Source: an uncultured bacterium (GTDB lineage: Bacteria; Chlamydiota; Chlamydiia; Chlamydiales; 2-12-FULL-49-11). From it: DNA of 64,000 nucleotides. Below, piece after piece: positions 38,912-47,523 of the stretch (position 1 is its first letter; each line of letters begins with the position of its first letter). The stretch lies in assembly GCA_964552055.1 (NCBI GenBank), contig CAZKFL010000002.1:10665-74664 (forward strand), read 5' to 3'. The position numbers and the translations under genes are program-made. The notes beneath the pieces were generated by a model that had not been told where the DNA came from, ran no database searches, and saw only the letters and a list, made by a program, of their open reading frames with translations.

Positions 38912-40327
38912 GTGGAAGTTAATGACCGAAAAAAGACCCTTGGCGTTTTTCAACTTATCATGATCAATGTGATCGCGGTAGATAGTTTACGCACGCTACC
39001 ATTTTCTGCTGAATATGGCCTCTCCCTTGTATTTTTCTATCTTGTAGCGGCATGTTTTTTCTTTATACCAAGCGGGCTTATTTCAGCAGAACTCGGAACA
39101 GGATGGCCTCATACGGGTGGTCTTTATATCTGGATTAGAGAAGCATTTGGTGAAAAAATCGGCTTAATAGCAATCTGGCTTAATTGGGTTTACAACCTTG
39201 CTTGGTACCCAACGATTATGGCTCTAATTGCCGGGACTTTTGCATATCTCTTTTCCCCAGAACTTGCTCAAAACAAAACTTATATGTATCTGCTGATTTT
39301 AGGCCTTTTCTGGGTGGCAACTTTCCTTAATTCGTGCGGAATGCGCATTTCGGTACTTATCAGCACAATAGGCGCGCTAATAGGAACTCTGATGCCAATG
39401 CTTTTTATTATAGTACTTGGTGGAATCTGGTTTTTTCAAGGCAGACCTTCAGAAATCACCTTCTCTCTTCCTGCATTATTTCCATCTATTGCAAGTTATG
39501 ACAAGCTCGCATACTTCAGTAATATTCTTTTTGGGCTAATTGGCCTAGAAATGGTTGCTGCTCATGCAGGCGAAATGAAAAACCCTAGGCGTGACTATCC
39601 AAAAGCTTTATTTGCCTCATCAATAATTATTATGTTTTCAATTGTTTTTGCATCACTTGCAATCTCAATGGTAGTCCCTCATAAGAATTTAAACCTTGTT
39701 GTTGGAGTCATCCAAGCATTTTCTCTTTTCTTTGAAGCATTTGGTATGCCTTGGATGACTAAGATCATCGCTGTTTGCGTTATTCTTGGCGGACTCTCTG
39801 GAGTTGCTGCATGGATGATTGGTCCTACTAAAGGAATTATGATTGCTAGCAAGGACGGCTCGCTACCCAAACTATTCACAAAAGTAAATAAGCATGGGGT
39901 TCCAACAGGAGCGCTCTACCTCCAAGCAGTCATCGTATCTGTTCTCTCTACAGCCTTTGTCTTCATGCCTACAGTCAATAGCTCCTACTGGCTTCTTTCA
40001 ATAATTACGGCTCAACTGGCGCTTATTGTATACATAACTCTCTTTGCAGCCTCAATCAAGCTACATCATTCAAAACGTGAAGTTCAAAGAAACTTCAAAG
40101 TCCCATTCGGCAACTTCGGCATCTGGTTTGTAGGCCTAAGCGGGATAGCAATAAGTCTTTGCGCAATCGCCGTCGGCTTTATCCCCCCTGAAAACATCCC
40201 CATGAATACCTCAATTGGCTATAAGTATCTTCTTATCTGTGGGATGCTGCTTCTTTCAGCTCTCCCCTTCCCTCTCTACTGGATTTCTAAGAATTCCAAA
40301 AAGAAGCGCTCCAAGCCCATCCTCTAA
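38912..40327 (+). CDS. APC-superfamily amino-acid antiporter, GadC (glutamate:GABA antiporter)-like
   Basis: GTG start. GLSLVFFYL..FFIPSGLISAELGTGWP.TGGLYIW, NPRRDYPKAL, AWMIGPTKGI, VNKHGVP and FIPPENI parallel GadC-family landmarks. Confidence 0.8.
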   Translation: MEVNDRKKTLGVFQLIMINVIAVDSLRTLPFSAEYGLSLVFFYLVAACFFFIPSGLISAELGTGWPHTGGLYIWIREAFGEKIGLIAIWLNWVYNLAWYPTIMALIAGTFAYLFSPELAQNKTYMYLLILGLFWVATFLNSCGMRISVLISTIGALIGTLMPMLFIIVLGGIWFFQGRPSEITFSLPALFPSIASYDKLAYFSNILFGLIGLEMVAAHAGEMKNPRRDYPKALFASSIIIMFSIVFASLAISMVVPHKNLNLVVGVIQAFSLFFEAFGMPWMTKIIAVCVILGGLSGVAAWMIGPTKGIMIASKDGSLPKLFTKVNKHGVPTGALYLQAVIVSVLSTAFVFMPTVNSSYWLLSIITAQLALIVYITLFAASIKLHHSKREVQRNFKVPFGNFGIWFVGLSGIAISLCAIAVGFIPPENIPMNTSIGYKYLLICGMLLLSALPFPLYWISKNSKKKRSKPIL

Positions 40328-40340
40328 TCCGTAAAATAAG

Positions 40341-40498
40341 ATTCACCGCAGAGACGCAGAGAACGCCGAGATCACAGAGGAAGAATAGGAAAAAGGAAGG
40401 TTAATTGCGCTTCAGAAGTCTCATATTTCTTCTTCTCCTTGATTTTTCTCTCACTTGTTCTCTGCGACCTCAGCATTCTCTGCGCCTCTGCGGTGAAT
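40341..40498. repeat. About 158-bp palindromic intergenic element with ~45-bp imperfect terminal inverted repeats (MITE/REP-like)
   Basis: The left arm ATTCACCGCAGAGACGCAGAGAACGCCGAGATCACAGAGGAA pairs with the reverse complement of the right arm ..TTCTCTGCGACCTCAGCATTCTCTGCGCCTCTGCGGTGAAT, with about 7 mismatches. Confidence 0.7.
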
Positions 40499-40535
40499 AT
40501 TTTTTTGTTTAGGCCTTGATTAAATAGATGCGAAT

Positions 40536-40862
40536 TTGCAAGGTATAGGTATGGAAGATATCGGACCTGTCTTAGCTACTACTATTTACCATCCTAAAGG
40601 AGGGCAAGAGACTGAATTTGTCAAAATCTGGACAAATAAGGTTGCAAGGCTCGCCTACTATATGGGATCTGATGATGTTCATATCTATCATAATGAAAAC
40701 ACAAGAGAGTTTGTGGCTACAATTCATTGGCCATCAAAAACTTTAGCAAGCATTTTTTTAGAGTCTTTGGAGTTTACCGAAGCGACCAAAGCAGTAAATG
40801 CTGCGTGCTTAATCCCCTCAAGCAAGCAAAGTTTTGAAATATTAAGAGAGCGCGCTGCATAG
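40536..40862 (+). CDS. Small hypothetical protein (possible ABM/dimeric alpha-beta barrel fold)
   Basis: About 103-108 aa (TTG at 40536 or ATG at 40551). The fold guess rests only on size and pattern. Confidence 0.35.
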   Translation: MQGIGMEDIGPVLATTIYHPKGGQETEFVKIWTNKVARLAYYMGSDDVHIYHNENTREFVATIHWPSKTLASIFLESLEFTEATKAVNAACLIPSSKQSFEILRERAA

Positions 40863-40879
40863 CTATAAATAAACATTAC

Positions 40880-41260
40880 TTATTGAGCTGGTGTAGCACT
40901 CTCTTTTTTTAGCATTGCATAGCATGTGCCAATCAGAACGCCTAAGGCTATGCAGCTAATCAACAATGTGTTAAATGTGCATATCGTTGGAACAATTTTG
41001 CCAATCAAAGTGTAGTCCATTGGTACCGTTGCGCTGCCCGCGACAATTAATCCCATATTTATATGAAGCGGGTTCGCAGCAACGCGTTCAGCAAATAAAC
41101 ATGCAATAGTACCCCCATATGGTGATCGCCAGATTTGTAAATTTTTTAGTAACACAGAAACCAAAGCACCGCTCGCTGCCCCTATTCCTGTACTTAAAAG
41201 ATATTGTTTAGTTCTTGTAACATTCATAAAAATCCTTAAAATAATAAGTTTACTCAGCAA
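40880..41260 (-). CDS. Small Gly/Ala-rich membrane protein
   Basis: Likely start at 27 (MNVTRTKQ), three to four hydrophobic helices. Confidence 0.45.
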   Translation of the reverse strand: MLSKLIILRIFMNVTRTKQYLLSTGIGAASGALVSVLLKNLQIWRSPYGGTIACLFAERVAANPLHINMGLIVAGSATVPMDYTLIGKIVPTICTFNTLLISCIALGVLIGTCYAMLKKESATPAQ

Positions 41261-41363
41261 TTGTACTCCAAGAGCAATTATCGAGCAATGTCATATACTA
41301 ATAGCTTTCTGTTAAGGATAATTGAGAAATATGGATTAATGAATTATTAAAACTATTTTTCTC

Positions 41364-41392
41364 TTGGCAATTAAAGAGAAAAAGGTTAGAAT
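41364..41392 (+). promoter_or_regulatory. Sigma70-like promoter candidate for the NTT gene
   Basis: TTGGCA (41364-41369), a 17-nt spacer, then TAGAAT (41387-41392), about 27 nt upstream of the ATG at 41419. Confidence 0.4.
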
Positions 41393-41418
41393 TCTAAGAA
41401 TTTTACCCGTATGTAGGA

Positions 41419-42939
41419 ATGACAATAGACACTAGTGATATAATTTTTAGTAAATGGCGCCGCAGACTCTGGCCTTTTCAAAGAGCAGAGTTCAAAAAAC
41501 TTTTCCCCTTAATTCTCATTAAATTTTTAATATCAATAGATTATGGCATTTTAACCAACATGAAGGACACAATGATTGTGTCTGCAAGTGGGTCAGGAGC
41601 TGAAGTTATTGCAGTTTTAAAGGGTTGGGTAGTATTACCAGCCGCAATGATTACTGTAGTTATCTATTCAAAATTGAGTAATGTCTTAAATAAGAAGAAG
41701 CTTTTCTATACCATGATGGGCGGCTTTTTAGCACTTATTTTCCTATACGGATTTGTTCTTTATCCAAATGCAGATTTTTTCTCTCCAAACGCTTCCTCGG
41801 ACTGGCTTTCTGCTAAATTTGGCGGTAAGCATGAACATTGGATTGCCGTCTACAGAAACTGGATTCACTCACTATTGTTCATTACAGCAGAACTTTGGGG
41901 CACAGTTGTTATCCTAGTTATGTTTTGGGGATTTGCAAATGATGTTACCTCCGTGGATGAAGCAAAACGGTCTTATAATATTTATATAGCTTCAGGCGAC
42001 CTAGCAGCCTTTTCAATTGGTCCTATAGTCTGCTTCTTTATGAATAGGATGGGAAAACACTCCTTTTTAATGGCAACGCAAAGCCTTCTCTTTGTAGTAT
42101 TAGCACTAGGTTTCCTTGTAATGGGGATTTTTTGGTGGATGAACAAATACGCCCTTACAGACAAAAATTTCTCCAATCCACTTGATTATCGAGGCTCTCC
42201 AAAGAAATTAAAAGAGAAACTATCTCTTTTTCAGGGGTTTAAGCACCTTGTTAAGTCTAAATATTTACTCGGCATTGCGGTTCTCGTAGTTGGATATGGA
42301 CTTTCGATGAACTTAATCGAAGTCACTTGGAAGGCCTCTGTTCATAGCCTTTACCCAAATCCTATTGATTACCAGACATTTACAAGTAAGGCCACTTCCT
42401 GCCTTGGTCTTGTAGCATTTCTAACATCTATATTTCTAGGGAGTAATATTATTCGTAAGTTCGGATGGCATTGCAGCGCTCAGCTCACACCTATAATGGT
42501 CGGTGTTACAGGGGTTTTGTTCTTCGCATTTGTGATAAATCCCAATATGTTAACTCCAGTTGCTGTTCTTTTTGGGGTCTCGCCACTTATGGTTGTCGTT
42601 CTCTTTGGAGCTTTTCAAAATATAATTAGTAAAGTTGCGAAGTATTCCTTTTTTGATCCCACAAAGGAAATGGCGTATATACCGCTAGACAATGACGCTA
42701 AATTGAAGGGTAAAGCTGCAATTGATGTTGTTGGGTCACGTTTAGGAAAATCAGGATCTGCCTGGATTCAAATAGCGATGATTGATCTAATTGGCTCAGG
42801 CTCAATATTTTCCGTTACACACATCCTCCTTCCAATTGTTGCTTTTGTCACAATTTCCTGGATTTTATCTGTTAGATCTCTTAGTCATCAATTTGAGGAA
42901 AAGCACCTAGAGCAAAAGTTAGCCGCAAAAATTAGCTAG
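41419..42939 (+). CDS. ADP/ATP (nucleotide) translocase, TLC/NTT family
   Basis: FKKLFPL...DYGILTNMKDTMIV, ELWGTVVILVMFWGFANDVTSVDEAKRSY and EMAYIPLDNDAKLKGKAAIDVVGSRLGKSG are hallmark NTT motifs. 506 aa. Confidence 0.9.
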   Translation: MTIDTSDIIFSKWRRRLWPFQRAEFKKLFPLILIKFLISIDYGILTNMKDTMIVSASGSGAEVIAVLKGWVVLPAAMITVVIYSKLSNVLNKKKLFYTMMGGFLALIFLYGFVLYPNADFFSPNASSDWLSAKFGGKHEHWIAVYRNWIHSLLFITAELWGTVVILVMFWGFANDVTSVDEAKRSYNIYIASGDLAAFSIGPIVCFFMNRMGKHSFLMATQSLLFVVLALGFLVMGIFWWMNKYALTDKNFSNPLDYRGSPKKLKEKLSLFQGFKHLVKSKYLLGIAVLVVGYGLSMNLIEVTWKASVHSLYPNPIDYQTFTSKATSCLGLVAFLTSIFLGSNIIRKFGWHCSAQLTPIMVGVTGVLFFAFVINPNMLTPVAVLFGVSPLMVVVLFGAFQNIISKVAKYSFFDPTKEMAYIPLDNDAKLKGKAAIDVVGSRLGKSGSAWIQIAMIDLIGSGSIFSVTHILLPIVAFVTISWILSVRSLSHQFEEKHLEQKLAAKIS

Positions 42940-42992
42940 GAGCCCCATTAATTAAATGTTATAATGAATACTCAAGCAAAAGAGGATCTTAT

Positions 42993-44132
42993 ATGAAAAA
43001 GAAAAGCAATTTATGCTGGTCAAACATCTTATTCTTAGTTGGTTATCATGTTCTTTTAGCGATACTTCTGCCTATTTACCTTGTGTTTTACACCCCCTCA
43101 AGCTCACTACTTATCCTGAGTTTTGTACTATTGTACACAACAGGTCTTAGCATTACAGCTGGTTACCACAGGCTATTTTCACATAGCACGTATAAAACCA
43201 ATAAAATTATTGAATCAATCTATCTATTCTTTGCAAGCATGGCTACACAAGGTAGCGCCCTCAGATGGTCTCATGACCACCGAATTCACCACGCTCATAT
43301 CGATAAAGATGAAGATCCTTATACAGTAAAACGCGGCTTTTGGCACGCCCACTTTATCTGGCTTTTTAAAAAGCAGAATCCTATCAAAGATAAGGTTGTA
43401 TCAGACCTTCTGAGAGATCCTATTGTTACATTTCAACATAAATATTATGAAATACTGATGGTTATCACAAATGTTCTTGCCACCATATTCATTGGCTGGG
43501 TAACAAACGACTACTTTGGAGCTCTTGTATTTGGATGGCTACTTAGACAATTTCTATTACATCATTTCACCTGGTTTATTAATTCACTAGCTCATTACTG
43601 GGGTCATCAAAACTACTCAACAGAGCACAGCGCCGTAGATAACTATGTTATTTCCCTACTTACATTTGGTGAAGGCTATCACAATTATCACCATACATTC
43701 GCATACGATTACCGAAATGGTATACGCTGGTACCACTTTGATCCTACAAAATGGCTTATTTGGTCATTAAGCAAGTTTAGGCTTGCTAGAGATCTTAAAA
43801 AGGTAAATCAGGCACGTATCGCCGAACAGATGATTAAAGAGCATAAGAGAGCCCTTTTAGAAAAGCTCCATGAATCCTTTACTGAGAAAAAGGAAGATCT
43901 AGAGCTAAAAGTAACTTATTTCACTGAAAACCTCATCGACAAACTCTCCAAACTCAATACACTTATGCAAGAATATAAATCTTGTAAAAAGTCGATGGAA
44001 GCTAGAGAAAAAGTTAGGCAGCTACTAAACGAAATCCATGATGTGAAAAAAAGTCTTAAGGCAGAATGGCGAGCTTGGAAAAATTTCTCCAAGTTTATTA
44101 TGACCCTTGAACCGCTTCCGACCTATGCATAA
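42993..44132 (+). CDS. Acyl-CoA (delta-9-type) fatty-acid desaturase with a C-terminal coiled-coil extension
   Basis: Histidine boxes GYHRLFSH, HRIHHAHIDKDEDP and HNYHHTF. The last ~90 aa are Lys/Glu-rich helix. Confidence 0.9.
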   Translation: MKKKSNLCWSNILFLVGYHVLLAILLPIYLVFYTPSSSLLILSFVLLYTTGLSITAGYHRLFSHSTYKTNKIIESIYLFFASMATQGSALRWSHDHRIHHAHIDKDEDPYTVKRGFWHAHFIWLFKKQNPIKDKVVSDLLRDPIVTFQHKYYEILMVITNVLATIFIGWVTNDYFGALVFGWLLRQFLLHHFTWFINSLAHYWGHQNYSTEHSAVDNYVISLLTFGEGYHNYHHTFAYDYRNGIRWYHFDPTKWLIWSLSKFRLARDLKKVNQARIAEQMIKEHKRALLEKLHESFTEKKEDLELKVTYFTENLIDKLSKLNTLMQEYKSCKKSMEAREKVRQLLNEIHDVKKSLKAEWRAWKNFSKFIMTLEPLPTYA

Positions 44133-44143
44133 AAACTAATACC

Positions 44144-45121
44144 TTGTTAAATCCCACTTTTGTTAGGGTGGGATTTATGAAACGTATTGGCCTTTTTCTT
44201 TGTTTATCGAGTTCATGTTTATTTTCAGAGTATCTCAATATTCCTGAGACTTCAGAGGGCCCTTGGTTCACAGGCCCTTTACTTACCCCATCTGCTTACA
44301 CTATTCCTCTTGGTCACTATAATTTTGAGCCGTACCTTTTTGTAGATAATGCATTTGGTCTCTATAATAATCACTGGACCGTAAAAAAACTCAAAGACAC
44401 ATTCTCCGCGATCAATTTCCAGTTTTGGGCCCAAATGGGTATCGCTTCTTTTATGGACTTTACTCTTGTTCCATCCTTTTTTTATACCTATATTGGCGAT
44501 GAAAGCTCCTGGCGATTTGGTGATATGTTTGCACAGGTCACTTTTCAGATGACAACAGAAACAGGCTTAAATGGTTTTGCGTCTAAGTTTGCAATCGGAG
44601 AAATTTTTCCACTCGGTGAGTACCAACATTTAGATAGTGAAAAGCGTTTAACAGATAGTGCTGGAGGAGGGAGCTTTGGAACCTCATTTGGATTTGTCTT
44701 TTCTAAGAGGTGGAATCTTTATTCTTTTCACTATTTTGCTGCAAGAATGTCTACAACAGCTATTTTATTTTCCCAGGTAAAAGTCCATGGCCTTAATTCG
44801 TATGGTGGTGGCAGAGGGACTAACGGAAGAGTCTTTCCTGGGACATCTTTTCCCCTACTTTTCGGATTTGAATACAATCTGACGCAAAATTGGGTGCTTG
44901 CTTTAGATATAGCCAGCACATATAGCTTTAGAACTCGATTTAAGGGGTCGTCTTTTTATCCAGTTGGTTGGGGTCCGTCCTATTCACTTAGCTTTGCACC
45001 AGCAATTGAGTATAACTATAGCGCGAACATAGGTCTAATTGGTGGTGTCTGGCTATCTGCTCTCGGAAGAAATTCACCACAATACATTAACTACGTTATT
45101 GCGATGAACTGGTACGTTTAA
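44144..45121 (+). CDS. Putative outer-membrane beta-barrel protein
   Basis: The likely start at 44177 gives the signal peptide MKRIGLFLCLSSSCLFS. The rest shows an alternating aromatic/Gly-rich beta-strand pattern and an aromatic C-terminus. Confidence 0.5.
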   Translation: MLNPTFVRVGFMKRIGLFLCLSSSCLFSEYLNIPETSEGPWFTGPLLTPSAYTIPLGHYNFEPYLFVDNAFGLYNNHWTVKKLKDTFSAINFQFWAQMGIASFMDFTLVPSFFYTYIGDESSWRFGDMFAQVTFQMTTETGLNGFASKFAIGEIFPLGEYQHLDSEKRLTDSAGGGSFGTSFGFVFSKRWNLYSFHYFAARMSTTAILFSQVKVHGLNSYGGGRGTNGRVFPGTSFPLLFGFEYNLTQNWVLALDIASTYSFRTRFKGSSFYPVGWGPSYSLSFAPAIEYNYSANIGLIGGVWLSALGRNSPQYINYVIAMNWYV

Positions 45122-46097
45122 TTGACTCAATAGCCCAGTCAAGGACCATTCTGTCCATCCAACGGAATTCCTTAAATATATTTAAACCAACAAAACCAAT
45201 GTGACCGCCATGCTCTGTCTTGTATATTTCAACATTTGGAGGAAGTTCGATGTCATCTAAAATCGTTGATTTTATGATTGGGTCATCATTTGCAAATAAA
45301 ATCTTTGTAGGAAGAGCAATTTTTGAAATAACCCTTTTCGAACTAGAATAATAGTAGTATTCAAAAGCGCTTGAAAATTTAGCTAAGGGCGCTGTATAAA
45401 GCTCATCAAAATCATTTAACGTGACTGTTTTCGGTAAATTATGTGGCCCAAGATCGAAAAACTCATGCCTAAATTTCACTTCTTTCATCAGTAATTTGAG
45501 AAAATAGTTTGCATATATTTGATTTTCAGGAAGAGTAAATAGCCTTGCGCTTGACAAAAGATCTGCTGGCGGGCTTATAGCTAAAACAGCCTTTAGATAT
45601 TTATCTCCTTCGCTTCCTAATTCACCTGCAAGCTTAAGTGAAATGTTTGCTCCAAGTGAAATCCCCATGAGGAGTTTGGGAGAATCTGGAAATAGTATTT
45701 TTATACTTTCTAATGCCTGAAAGACATCTCCACTTGATCCACTATGATAAATACCTTTGGCAAGCCCTCTTCCAGAGCCACAACCTTTTAGATTAATTCG
45801 AATCGATTGTATTCCATTATCGCGAAATTTTCTCGCTATTCTTTTCATATAGTGTGATTTATGAGATCCACAAAGACCGTGAATCATTAAAACAGTCCAA
45901 TCGTCTTTTTTCCAGTTTAGAGGCGTTGTAATTTCTAATGCTAATAAATCTCCATCCCTAAGTTTCACAACATGAGTTTTAGATGGAAGCTCCGGCTCAA
46001 AATCAATCAGAGAGCCAATCATCGTTTGATAATAGGAGCTCTTTATCAGCGGGTTAAAGTTCAAAAACTGCCCTTTCATAGGAAAGTCCCTTATCAT
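45096..46097 (-). CDS. Alpha/beta hydrolase, YheT/ABHD1-3-like
   Basis: LMIHGLCGSHKSHY, nucleophile elbow GISLGAN, and the late motif HGGHIGF. Confidence 0.8.
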   Translation of the reverse strand: MIRDFPMKGQFLNFNPLIKSSYYQTMIGSLIDFEPELPSKTHVVKLRDGDLLALEITTPLNWKKDDWTVLMIHGLCGSHKSHYMKRIARKFRDNGIQSIRINLKGCGSGRGLAKGIYHSGSSGDVFQALESIKILFPDSPKLLMGISLGANISLKLAGELGSEGDKYLKAVLAISPPADLLSSARLFTLPENQIYANYFLKLLMKEVKFRHEFFDLGPHNLPKTVTLNDFDELYTAPLAKFSSAFEYYYYSSSKRVISKIALPTKILFANDDPIIKSTILDDIELPPNVEIYKTEHGGHIGFVGLNIFKEFRWMDRMVLDWAIESIKRTSSSQ

Positions 46098-46207
46098 TTA
46101 TACATAAACTTATAATTGATAGATGAATTTTTATCACTGAATTATTGCAATTTACATTTTTTTTAGTTATATAACAAATATCAATCAACGCTAGAGATAG
46201 AGTATAT

Positions 46208-46840
46208 ATGCAAGAGTTTAATAATCAAGCACATTTGAATAGTAGGGAATTACCAAACATCTTCGGCAAGTGCTTGGGCATTGAAAAAATCGATTCCTTA
46301 GCAATCCAAATTCGCTCTAGTAAAAAAATGCCGCAAAAAGAAACATATGAAGCAGAAATACTAGAATATATAAATGAAGCTCTTCCACTTTCAGGAAAAT
46401 TAACAACTGATGAACGAGGATTTACCTATCTTGCTCTTCCTAATGAATACATTTATGAACTTCTCCCCTTTCTAGAAAATGGAAATGCTACAAATCCTCC
46501 TTATTTTGAAGGTTTACATAATGTTGGAGCTCATGTGAGCGTAATTCTTGCGTCAGAATCTCATCCAGGTTTAGATTTAAAAAATTTTGCCACTGAAATA
46601 CCCTTTACTATTACCGGTTGCTACTTTGTTGAGCCTGAGAATTGGTTAGAAATGGAAACAATTTGGTTTCTAACAATAGATGCACCAAAACTTTCTGAAA
46701 TTCGAACACGCTTAAATCTTTCGCCTTATATTGATAATAAGGAATTTCATATCACTTTTGCTGTGAAAAAGAGATTTCTTTCTATTCATGAACTTCTTGG
46801 AAAATCAAATGAAGCTATTGTTATAAAGAATATATTTTAG
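46208..46840 (+). CDS. Hypothetical protein with two HxT/S motifs (possible 2H phosphoesterase)
   Basis: GAHVSVIL (His codon at 46532) and EFHITFAV (His codon at 46748) lie 72 aa apart. That spacing and context match the 2H (LigT/CPDase) superfamily. Confidence 0.45.
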   Translation: MQEFNNQAHLNSRELPNIFGKCLGIEKIDSLAIQIRSSKKMPQKETYEAEILEYINEALPLSGKLTTDERGFTYLALPNEYIYELLPFLENGNATNPPYFEGLHNVGAHVSVILASESHPGLDLKNFATEIPFTITGCYFVEPENWLEMETIWFLTIDAPKLSEIRTRLNLSPYIDNKEFHITFAVKKRFLSIHELLGKSNEAIVIKNIF

Positions 46841-46869
46841 TTTTAATAAAGATTTTATTCAGATACTAT

Positions 46870-47508
46870 TTGTTCTCAATATTAAAAAAAGGGAACAATA
46901 TGAAGCTAAAAAATTATCTTTTGGTAGCATTTCTACTCAGCTCTTCAATTTCAGCACACGCAAGAAATGAAGAGCCTGCATTTAAAGCACTCGCCATTCA
47001 ATCTATTTCAAATAACACCCCTTATCGGCTCCTTTCAAGCAAAGATAACCAAGGTTGGAACCTAGAGACAGATGACGGCACTATTTGGAGAGCAATTGAT
47101 AACTCAAGCGCCTCCCAAATCAAATACTGGCAGTCTAATGACAAACTCGTTATCTATCCAACAGCTTATCCCAAGTGGAGTGGCGGCAGATACTATCTTT
47201 TAAATACACGGCTAAATAGCGCTGCAACAGTGGAACTTTCACAAGCGCCTATCACCGGTACAAGCACTAACATACAAATTACCTATATCGATTATACTTC
47301 CGGTTATATGGAATTAGAAGATGGTAGAGGGCGAGTTGTAAATTGGCGTTTGAATCGAAACGAAAGAGACATTTATGAGCACTGGCGCGCAGGACAGTCT
47401 ATACTTGTTGGCTCAAATGAAAACTGCTGGGCAGGTTGGCTTTCAAGTGACTCCTACATTTTAATAAATGTGGAAAAAGACAACTACGTTAGAGCAAACA
47501 TCGATTAA
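46870..47508 (+). CDS. Secreted hypothetical protein
   Basis: The likely start at 46900 gives the signal peptide MKLKNYLLVAFLLSSSISAHA. Confidence 0.5.
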   Translation: MFSILKKGNNMKLKNYLLVAFLLSSSISAHARNEEPAFKALAIQSISNNTPYRLLSSKDNQGWNLETDDGTIWRAIDNSSASQIKYWQSNDKLVIYPTAYPKWSGGRYYLLNTRLNSAATVELSQAPITGTSTNIQITYIDYTSGYMELEDGRGRVVNWRLNRNERDIYEHWRAGQSILVGSNENCWAGWLSSDSYILINVEKDNYVRANID

Positions 47509-47523
47509 CAACAGGAGAAATCT

